A DNA stretch of 64,000 nt from a virus (lineage: Duplodnaviria > Heunggongvirae > Uroviricota > Caudoviricetes), in the IMG/VR virus record IMGVR_UViG_3300023371_000094; one strand, given 5' to 3'. Shown piece after piece: positions 57,063-64,000 of the stretch. A program made the position numbers and the translations under genes. Each line of letters starts with the position of its first letter. Positions within the stretch are counted from its first letter, which is position 1. A model generated the notes under the pieces. It had not been told where the DNA came from and did no database searches. It saw only the letters and a list, made by a program, of their open reading frames with translations.

Positions 57063-57137
57063 TGGCTGGGGTAGATGGATTCGAACCAACGAATGTAGGA
57101 GTCAAAGTCCTATGCCTTACCGCTTGGCGATACCCCA
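57063..57137 (-). tRNA. tRNA-Gln (anticodon TTG)
   Basis: Anticodon loop CTTTGAC. Confidence 0.7.
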
Positions 57138-57286
57138 GTGTTGTGCTTATTCTCTTACCCTTTTATTTCACACGCACCTGCTTATCCACGGTAAAATACC
57201 TGATACGAGTTTTTCAAGGGTACAGGTGCATAGATTTTATGTGGGGCGATCTTTAACCTTTTCAGGACGCCGACCGCCGTAGCGCT

Positions 57287-57373
57287 TGGTACCAAAGATG
57301 GGACTTGAACCCACACGGTGTTGCCACCGCCAGATTTTGAGTCTGGTGCGTCTGCCAATTCCGCCACTCTGGC
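57287..57373 (-). tRNA. tRNA-Leu (anticodon CAA), long variable arm
   Basis: Anticodon loop CTCAAAA. Confidence 0.75.
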
Positions 57374-57376
57374 ATA

Positions 57377-57463
57377 TGGCGGAGAGTCAGGGACTCGAAC
57401 CCTGAACACCTTTCGGTGACGGCAGATTTCAAGTCTGCTGCCTTACCATTAGGCTAACTCTCC
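57377..57463 (-). tRNA. tRNA-Ser (anticodon TGA), long variable arm
   Basis: Anticodon loop CTTGAAA. Confidence 0.75.
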
Positions 57464-57955
57464 GTAACAATGTTCACAAGCAAACAAGGTTAACAACTCT
57501 ACTTACGCTCAACACCGTTGGTTGGTCTCCGTAGCCACACCTCGTCCACTCCTCAAGCCATTAAAGTTATTTGCTTGCAAACGATTGCCGCGCCGCTTCA
57601 GTAACCTATACGCTCTTGCAGTTCGCTAACCGATGCACACCACCGGCTAAGTTACCAAATGCCCGCTAAGTATGTAATCTGCACTCTCGTAGTACTATAT
57701 CCTCTCTGATGTGCTTACCCCGATCTAACGTGTCGGTAGAGGGCTTAACGTCATACAAATGCCTAATACGTTTTAGTACGGCTGGAAGATATATCATTTC
57801 ACCGCCAGCAGAGAGTTGCTTTCTTCTCATCTATATGAATGTTGCAAGGAGCCTTCAGCCATAGGAGCAGCTCCCGTGTTATTGTGCTCACGATATTGGC
57901 ACCACGACTTTCGTCGCGTCATTGTCACCGCCTATATTCACATCTGCAACACTTT

Positions 57956-58031
57956 TGGAGCTGATGGTGGGACTCGAACCCACGACCGGTTGATTACAAA
58001 TCAACTGCTCTACCAACTGAGCTACACCAGC
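57956..58031 (-). tRNA. tRNA-Thr (anticodon TGT)
   Basis: Anticodon loop TTTGTAA. Confidence 0.75.
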
Positions 58032-58179
58032 ATATATGTAATCCGCTGAACACCTTATTGGAACGCTTGCACCTTGCGAGGCTTCTATTGTTTTATTGCC
58101 GGTAGAATTTGAACCATTAACCGTAGCGGAAGGCTTCCTTTAACAACCCCTGCAAGGAAACTTTTTGAATGAACAGGGC

Positions 58180-58258
58180 TGGTGGGACGTTAAGGACTCG
58201 AACCTTAGACCTACCGGTTATGAGCCGGTGGCTCTAACCAACTGAGCTAACGTCCCGC
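58180..58258 (-). tRNA. tRNA-Met/fMet/Ile2 (anticodon CAT)
   Basis: Anticodon loop CTCATAA. Confidence 0.7.
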
Positions 58259-58329
58259 ATAAGCGGAGGGATTCGAACCCCCATCTTACGGTTTTGGAGA
58301 CCGCCGTGTTACCGTTACACCACACTTAC
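58259..58329 (-). tRNA. tRNA-Trp (anticodon CCA), no encoded CCA tail, directly abutting the downstream tRNA
   Basis: Anticodon loop CTCCAAA; acceptor stem carries two G.U pairs; 3' end contiguous with the first nucleotide of the CAT tRNA. Confidence 0.6.
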
Positions 58330-58331
58330 AT

Positions 58332-58421
58332 TGGCGGAGAGTAGAGGACTCGAACCTCTGCGCCGAATAAACGGCGAACGGTTTAGCAAACCGCTGCAGT
58401 GCCAACTATGCTTAACTCTCC
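58332..58421 (-). tRNA. tRNA-Ser (anticodon GCT), long variable arm
   Basis: Anticodon loop TTGCTAA. Confidence 0.7.
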
Positions 58422-58932
58422 GTATGATGTGTTTACGGCTTTTGTACTTCAAGCCGTCCGAGAAATTTTAGCTCGCCTCTTATTTAACCGTTGCGGGGCT
58501 GTCCCGTCGGTGAACACCTTAGCTTCAAGGTCGTACTGTTTGTTCCACCAGTGCCTTTTTCGGAACTAAATCCTATTGTTCGGCTTTCTCATCAGTGGCA
58601 ATTTAGAGAACCCACCAATGCCTTCCCTTGAAAATTCCACATTCTAAGCTTGCTAAGTTCTGTTTTATGAAAGTCTTAGCGGTTTGAGCGTATGTGGTGC
58701 GCCATCTCGTTGCTTATTTCTTCGGCAAATTGAAATAAGCCGTGGGTTTTACGATTACTAATTTCAACCTTTTGCAGGAAATCTCTCCATATGGGTGAGT
58801 AGCTTGCGGGGAACATCCCACGCACTTTATCGGCTGTTCATCTAACTCCATTTACTACTGCTGCTTTCATCCCAACGTCCGCTGGTTTGTTCTCCTTTTC
58901 AATGCCAGCATTCAGGCTTCGTAGCACCGATC

Positions 58933-59019
58933 TGGTGGGCATAGCGGGATTCGAACCCGCACGAATCTTATTCAACGGTTTTTAAGACCGTAGCGTTCTG
59001 CCTATTTCGCCATACGCCC
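58933..59019 (-). tRNA. tRNA-Leu (anticodon TAA), long variable arm
   Basis: Anticodon loop CTTAAAA. Confidence 0.75.
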
Positions 59020-59472
59020 AGAATTCTTGTTTCTGCCTCTGTAAAAATCGGTTTGAGCGTGGCAGTTGGGGCATAACATCATCAAGTTAGACAAGTCATT
59101 GTTAGACTTATCCCCGTCTTTATGGTGTACTTCGAGAGGTATCAAAAGTCCGTTCCAATGAGTATTATGACATCGTTCACATTCGTGCTTTTTTAATCCA
59201 TCTCTTAATAGTTTCTTTCGGATATGATCGCTATGAACGTTTTTGGATTTTGATATATATTCTTGAAATGGCATATACCTCGAAGGAACATATGTCTTAA
59301 CCCCTTTGCCACTTTGGTTTCCAGAATATGATATATTCATTTCTTTTAGATATCGGTTTAGGGTGTCAATTTTGCAATGCAATTGTCTGGCAATCCAAGC
59401 TTTGCTCTTATTTAAAAAGATCCAATCTTCAATAGCTGATTTATTTGATAAAATATATGTGCGCTTCGACAC
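59002..59472 (-). CDS. HNH homing endonuclease
   Basis: HNH motif EVHHKDGDKSNNDLSNLMMLCPNCHA; embedded beside the tRNA array; the 3' end overlaps tRNA-Leu(TAA) by about 18 nt. Confidence 0.8.
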   Translation of the reverse strand: MSKRTYILSNKSAIEDWIFLNKSKAWIARQLHCKIDTLNRYLKEMNISYSGNQSGKGVKTYVPSRYMPFQEYISKSKNVHSDHIRKKLLRDGLKKHECERCHNTHWNGLLIPLEVHHKDGDKSNNDLSNLMMLCPNCHAQTDFYRGRNKNSGRMAK

Positions 59473-59477
59473 AGTAT

Positions 59478-60299
59478 TTAATCCTCAATGACAAGGCAAT
59501 TAACCTCATTTGTGTACGCGGTGCATCCGTCGATTGCAATCACACCGTTGCCATAATATGGAGTGAAATCTGCACTCTCACCAAACTCCGTGCATTTCTT
59601 TTCGTAAGCGCAGTGACCGAAAGATGCGTGCCAGTGTCCGCAAACAATTTTCTTGTTGGGTTCAATTATGTGATGCTCCTCAGCAACCTGCATACCGTTA
59701 AACCATCTGGCGGTATTCCAATCTTCTTTGCTTGCATCTCTCCATCTGGGATTGTAAGCATAAGACCTTCCTCTGGTGTGCCAATCAGGCATCTTGTTTG
59801 TGAAACAGGGTATCCAACCGTGGACAAATATGTAGTTGGGGGTTTCGTAATAGTCCACGCTCGCAGGAATGAGCTTCTTATAAAAACCAGTCGCCTTTAC
59901 CTTCTTGATGAAGTCTTCGTAGTTCTCGGTGGCATCATCATCCTTTACCCCCGTGAGCTGAAGAGCAGTGCTCCACGTCCCATTAGATACGTGATGAGAG
60001 GTGCCGAAGTAAAATCCAAAACGAGATTTTCTGAGGTCGCCCAGCATTGAAATGAGTAGATCTTCGTGATTACCCCTAACAAATATAAGCTTGTCTTCCT
60101 CAAGAAGCTTGAGCATAAACTCTTGCATTTTGATAGCTTCATTTCCTCTGTCCATCATATCTCCGCAAACGATAAGCTTGTGAGGTTCGGTCTCATCAAA
60201 GAACCCTGCTTTAGTCAAAGTTTTCACGAGTTGTGAGTAGAATCCGTGAATGTCAGAAACAACATAATATTTCATATTGACAATTCCTTTCTGAACCAC
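59478..60299 (-). CDS. Calcineurin-like metallophosphoesterase
   Basis: DIHG ... GDMMDRG ... GNHE motifs. Confidence 0.7.
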   Translation of the reverse strand: MVQKGIVNMKYYVVSDIHGFYSQLVKTLTKAGFFDETEPHKLIVCGDMMDRGNEAIKMQEFMLKLLEEDKLIFVRGNHEDLLISMLGDLRKSRFGFYFGTSHHVSNGTWSTALQLTGVKDDDATENYEDFIKKVKATGFYKKLIPASVDYYETPNYIFVHGWIPCFTNKMPDWHTRGRSYAYNPRWRDASKEDWNTARWFNGMQVAEEHHIIEPNKKIVCGHWHASFGHCAYEKKCTEFGESADFTPYYGNGVIAIDGCTAYTNEVNCLVIED

Positions 60300-61090
60300 T
60301 TGCGTAGTAGTTCAACTTTGATTTCATCGAGCTTCTTATACGCTCTGCCATCGCAATCGTTGCCATACTTCTCCATATAAGCATTTCTGATTGCATTGGT
60401 TTCATCGCAAAACTCGTCTGCCATCCTTAACGCATCTTCCAAGGAATATTCGTTCAACTTTGCGGCATCCAGCTTAGCTCTTATTGTAGGGGTGGGATGT
60501 AAGCACGCCTTGAACGACTCTCCCGCAACGTATCTCTTGATGAAATCGTTAATGCGTATGATGTGATGTAGCTGTTTGCCATCGTATCCGTACTTATCGA
60601 TCTTGTCCTTGATGGTAGGGTATGGGTGACATAACGCCTTCCGCTTTTCAAGGCTGAGTCCCGCCATCGTTCTCAGTGTTTGAGTAGGGTGACAGTGAGT
60701 TAAATCTTCTGCAAGAGCACGGAGATCTTCCCAGAAAGACTCATAGCCTTCAGCTACGATGTAGTAGTCAGAGAAGAGAACCTCAACAAAATTAACGTTC
60801 TGTTTTTTAAATGTTTCAAACATCACTCTCACATCCTTGAAATCAATGTGCTCATTGTTCTCTCGAATGTGGGTAGTGGATATAGGAGCAGAGCCTCTAC
60901 AGAAATCCTCGAATGAAGGCAGGATAATAGCCTTCGTGTCTATATCGCTCTGATATTTTTCATTGTTGATATCAAGCCCGTAATTTTGGCTTCCTTGAAG
61001 TATCAAGCAGAACACCATTTGCCCGCTTTGAACAGCTTCGTTGTAGTGTGCCTGCAAGTTACTTCTTATGTAAGTTTCGCGGTCAAACAT
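60272..61090 (-). CDS. Pol-beta-superfamily nucleotidyltransferase of unknown specificity
   Basis: GSQNYGLD...SDIDTKAII (GS-x-D-x-D minimal NTase motif). Confidence 0.45.
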   Translation of the reverse strand: MFDRETYIRSNLQAHYNEAVQSGQMVFCLILQGSQNYGLDINNEKYQSDIDTKAIILPSFEDFCRGSAPISTTHIRENNEHIDFKDVRVMFETFKKQNVNFVEVLFSDYYIVAEGYESFWEDLRALAEDLTHCHPTQTLRTMAGLSLEKRKALCHPYPTIKDKIDKYGYDGKQLHHIIRINDFIKRYVAGESFKACLHPTPTIRAKLDAAKLNEYSLEDALRMADEFCDETNAIRNAYMEKYGNDCDGRAYKKLDEIKVELLRKWFRKELSI

Positions 61091-61104
61091 ATGCTCTCCT
61101 TTCT

Positions 61105-62019
61105 TTATGCGCCCTTTACGTCGCAGGAATGAAGCGCATCAACGAGCGACTTCAGATCGGGCTTAAGATTTTTGTAATACTTGCTGTTGAAGAACGGCTC
61201 CATATGTACGTTTACAAGCCAAGCAATCAGCAATCTTTCCTCGATGCTCATAGTCATCAACTTTTCAAAACCGAGAGTATAGTAACTACTTACGTTGTGA
61301 TGGTCGTAGTAGTGCGCAATCTCGGTGGTTTCACCCTTGAAGTTGGTGAAAGTCTTGGTAAATTTCTTGCCGGTGTCGTGCATAGCGGCGGCGAAGAGAA
61401 CAATCATATTTGTCAATGCCGTGCTATACTTTTCGTCATTCAAAGCGTCATAAGAGAGCTTGAATGCTTCATCGCAAACCTGCTGAGTGTGAACCCCGAC
61501 GGTGTTATTGTGATGCGGATTATCGTGGTCACAGTTCATCCAATCCTCGTAGTCGGACTGAGTATAAAGTTCACCGTTGTGGTCAACCTCAATCTTATCC
61601 CATCCCTCATCGTAGAACGGAGGTTGAAATCCAAGAAGCATCTTTTTGATTACGGGCTCGCCAACAGTGCGACTTCTTTCCGCATCTCTCTTTACGCAGA
61701 GGTCATATCTCGACCATACGACGTAAGCAATTTTTTCACAGTTAGGAAGCGAACGGAGAAGTGCTCTGCGGTACTTTCTCCTGATGTTTGTGGCATCGTA
61801 GATGACATCGATGCCGTCCTTGAGTGCGTTGAAGGTTCGCTCTCTCATTGTTTCAAACACTTTTTCGGGGGTTTGCTGGTCGTTTTCGTCGCCAAACAAT
61901 TCCTTTCGGATTTCGTCTGACGAAACTACGAGAACACTCTTCATTTTCGCTTTCGTCTTTTCTGCGATATAGGATTTGCCCGAGCCCGGAAGACCGATAA
62001 GCATTATGAATTTTGCCAT
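61105..62019 (-). CDS. Polynucleotide-kinase-like P-loop kinase fused to an HD phosphohydrolase domain (a functional analogue of T4 PNK for RNA end healing)
   Basis: Walker A LIGLPGSGKSY; C-terminal AAAMHDTGKK...HYYDHH HD motif. Confidence 0.6.
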   Translation of the reverse strand: MAKFIMLIGLPGSGKSYIAEKTKAKMKSVLVVSSDEIRKELFGDENDQQTPEKVFETMRERTFNALKDGIDVIYDATNIRRKYRRALLRSLPNCEKIAYVVWSRYDLCVKRDAERSRTVGEPVIKKMLLGFQPPFYDEGWDKIEVDHNGELYTQSDYEDWMNCDHDNPHHNNTVGVHTQQVCDEAFKLSYDALNDEKYSTALTNMIVLFAAAMHDTGKKFTKTFTNFKGETTEIAHYYDHHNVSSYYTLGFEKLMTMSIEERLLIAWLVNVHMEPFFNSKYYKNLKPDLKSLVDALHSCDVKGA

Positions 62020-62028
62020 ACCGTCACC

Positions 62029-62517
62029 TCATCCATAAACTACTTCGTCGAAGAGCGCATACTGAATGATTGCATCGGCGTCACAAGCATCAAGGGCGCC
62101 GGTATCAATCATTCCTTGGGAGATAAGGTCAGAACGACCATCTTCCAAGTGTTTGATAAGTCCTTTGATGAACTTTTCTTTTGTGAGTTCGAACTCTTCA
62201 CCAGACTCACCATCGTACAGCTTCAGAGTGCCGCCGCGAGAGATCTGCTCGCTTGCATAATCGCCAAGGTACTTGCCGACAACCTTTGCTTTGCCGCACC
62301 AATAGTTGATACCGCCCTCAAGAGCAGCACACATAATATCATCGATATCCTCATTGGTGAGCAGGATATCAAGCTTTACCTCAATGAACTGTTCGTCCAT
62401 TTCTTCTTCGTTCATATCAACAATCTTTTCGTTGTCCATAGTACCTCTCCTATTCCGTTTAAATACCGTTTGGAATGCTCCTCTTGGAGGTGCATTCGTT
62501 ATAAAACCAGCCTCCAA
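62029..62517 (-). CDS. Hypothetical acidic protein
   Basis: ORF. Confidence 0.4.
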   Translation of the reverse strand: MEAGFITNAPPRGAFQTVFKRNRRGTMDNEKIVDMNEEEMDEQFIEVKLDILLTNEDIDDIMCAALEGGINYWCGKAKVVGKYLGDYASEQISRGGTLKLYDGESGEEFELTKEKFIKGLIKHLEDGRSDLISQGMIDTGALDACDADAIIQYALFDEVVYG

Positions 62518-62633
62518 ACAGTCGCTTTGCGACTGTTTTTATTTGAATTCACTTTCAACATCGAGGCACTTTTGATGTAATCAAAAGCTCGGATTATGTA
62601 TAAGGGGATCCGACATACCTATTTAAACTTTTT

Positions 62634-63107
62634 TTATGTTTCGTAAAAGCAGAATGGCTTATAGCCAATTCTTTCGACGCTTACGCATCGGCTTGTTAGG
62701 TTGTCCACATACTTTGTATCGTTGTGGACGTGACCATAGTAATTGAAATACGGTGTGGTTTCGCTGAGCTGTAACGGCTCGTGGCTTAACAGATAGAAGC
62801 CAAACAAGATTGGGTATTCGCTTACTTCCTCAAAACCACAGTTGCGATAGTATTCATTTCTATAGTCATCGTGGTTGCCCTTGATTAAGATTTTCCTTCC
62901 GTTCAACTTCGGAGCGATTTCCTTAATCAACTCCTTGCCGAAAGCAAAATCACCAAGAACAAACACAGTGTCATTTTTGGATACGGTGCTATTCCAATTT
63001 TGGATAAGCACTCTGTTCATTTCCTCAGCCGTCCTGAATGGGCGGTTGCAGTATCGGATGATGTTTTCGTGACCGAAGTGTGTATCGGCAATCAAAAAAT
63101 ATTTCAT
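62634..63107 (-). CDS. Metallophosphoesterase (MPP superfamily)
   Basis: ADTHFGH ... GDFAFG ... GNHD ... GHVH; probable start MKYFLIAD. Confidence 0.7.
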   Translation of the reverse strand: MKYFLIADTHFGHENIIRYCNRPFRTAEEMNRVLIQNWNSTVSKNDTVFVLGDFAFGKELIKEIAPKLNGRKILIKGNHDDYRNEYYRNCGFEEVSEYPILFGFYLLSHEPLQLSETTPYFNYYGHVHNDTKYVDNLTSRCVSVERIGYKPFCFYET

Positions 63108-63114
63108 ATCGATG

Positions 63115-63318
63115 TCACTTCTTTTCTTTGGATGATCGAATTGCATCGATGAAAAGCACCGTTGCCATGCCGATATTCGTTCCGCAGAGAATTGCTCCGA
63201 GAATAGTTGGCTCCGCAGAAAGAGCTTGCGGGAAGTGATTCATCAAAACCGCGAGGAAGATGAATGTCAAAAGATACAAGAGAGACATAAAAGTCCTCAA
63301 ATTGATGTACTTTTTCAT
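63115..63318 (-). CDS. Small membrane protein
   Basis: Two hydrophobic helices. Confidence 0.35.
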   Translation of the reverse strand: MKKYINLRTFMSLLYLLTFIFLAVLMNHFPQALSAEPTILGAILCGTNIGMATVLFIDAIRSSKEKK

Positions 63319-63353
63319 AATTTTCCTTCCATCAAAGTAGAATTTGATTTAAA

Positions 63354-63773
63354 TTATTTGACGATTCCAAAGTAACGCCAGATTTTATCTTTGGCAAAAC
63401 AATGATGTCGCTTGATTTCATTGTTTCTGAAATCTCTTTCATAGATTGAAACACACGCCGACAATTCAACCTCGAAGATTGCAAAGGTGTCATCATCGAA
63501 AAGCATATTTCTGCCAGCCTCTTCGGCGAACTCCTTGGTGGTGTATATTCTGATAGGCTTTGCATTGAGAATGCAATTTAATATTTCAGCCAATGCGTGA
63601 TGCATAGAGGGAACGTATCTTTCACCGCGGATTGGGAAGTAAAATGTTTTGTGCTCCATAACTACCTCACGAAATGCAGAATTTCTGAATGCTTGTGTAG
63701 ATCGGCTCAGAAGCAACACAGTACAGTTCGCTCCATTCGACCGTCGCCATTGCCCCAAGCAAACTCTTGGCAT
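63354..63773 (-). CDS. Hypothetical protein
   Basis: ORF. Confidence 0.4.
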   Translation of the reverse strand: MPRVCLGQWRRSNGANCTVLLLSRSTQAFRNSAFREVVMEHKTFYFPIRGERYVPSMHHALAEILNCILNAKPIRIYTTKEFAEEAGRNMLFDDDTFAIFEVELSACVSIYERDFRNNEIKRHHCFAKDKIWRYFGIVK

Positions 63774-64000
63774 TAACGCAGAAGTCGCTACCGTCCGTCA
63801 ACATAATCTTACCGGGCAGAGAGGATACCACGTTAACAAAGTTTTGAATGTCGGTTATGGTAACCAACTCAATTTTATACTTGTGCATATGAGTCCTTTC
63901 ATCCGCACCAAAACGGTGCGGATTTGTGTTTATTAAAGATTAGATACAAAAGCCGAAGGCGACAGCGTAGCGATTGCTGGCGCAGTTGTAACGGAAGTCA

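Noticed and set aside
56498-59019. Suppressor tRNA (anticodon CTA) that would explain the in-frame TAG at about 49080
   Set aside because: All 12 anticodons were read manually and none is CTA, so there is no evidence for TAG recoding within this window.
62476-62545. Paired hairpins (gaatgc…gcattc; aaacagtcgc-tttg-gcgactgttt followed by ttatttg) between two minus-strand genes
   Set aside because: The T-run lies on the plus strand whereas the flanking genes are on the minus strand. It is probably a weak or bidirectional terminator of little consequence, so it was not promoted to a feature.
1-64000. CRISPR arrays or other short regularly spaced repeats
   Set aside because: None were seen. The only tandem short repeats are the TTGCAACT copies near int and the poly-AAC tract of TR-1.

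Overview
This window reads as a large temperate siphovirus-type phage or prophage segment, probably from an anaerobic Firmicutes host (strong AGGAGG ribosome-binding sites, a lipobox, and anaerobic ribonucleotide reductase NrdDG). Positions 1..23.4 kb (+ strand) are a tail morphogenesis module: tape measure protein, distal tail protein, a tail-associated protein with a C-terminal S74-type auto-cleaving chaperone, and a 2301-aa BppU-like baseplate/receptor-binding protein. They are followed by two tandem diversity-generating retroelement (DGR) cassettes, each with an Avd-like protein, a template repeat and a reverse transcriptase. DGR-1 is complete: a 136-bp TR at 18261..18396 matches the 3' end of the giant gene (VR 17152..17287) with about 23 mismatches, all at TR adenines. 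DGR-2 (Avd 21112..21525, TR-like segment about 21550..21700, RT 21886..23046) has no cognate VR anywhere in the window. A bidirectional terminator and a tyrosine integrase (23481..24668, -) sit at the point where the two modules converge, with an attP-like region at 24669..25180. Positions 25.2..63.9 kb are almost entirely minus-strand early genes. These include dUTPase, NrdD/NrdG/NrdH-like plus an FTR-like redoxin, DNA polymerase III alpha, primase-helicase, a Cas4-like nuclease, SSB, an Erf recombinase, an HD hydrolase, a NADAR protein, a second tyrosine recombinase, a MazF-like toxin, an RNA ligase, an SPFH protein interrupted by an in-frame TAG, and a Thg1-like protein. There is also an NAD+ salvage/reconstitution cluster (NadE, macro domain, a NAMPT-like and a PRPP-synthetase-like protein, PncA). 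A 12-tRNA array (56.5..59.0 kb, - strand) carries two unexplained ~0.5-kb spacers and an HNH endonuclease, followed by an RNA-repair set (metallophosphoesterases, a nucleotidyltransferase, a kinase-HD fusion). Coordinates that I derived by hand (TR/VR, promoters, tRNAs) are approximate to within a few nucleotides. The ORF track appears to accept TTG and GTG starts.
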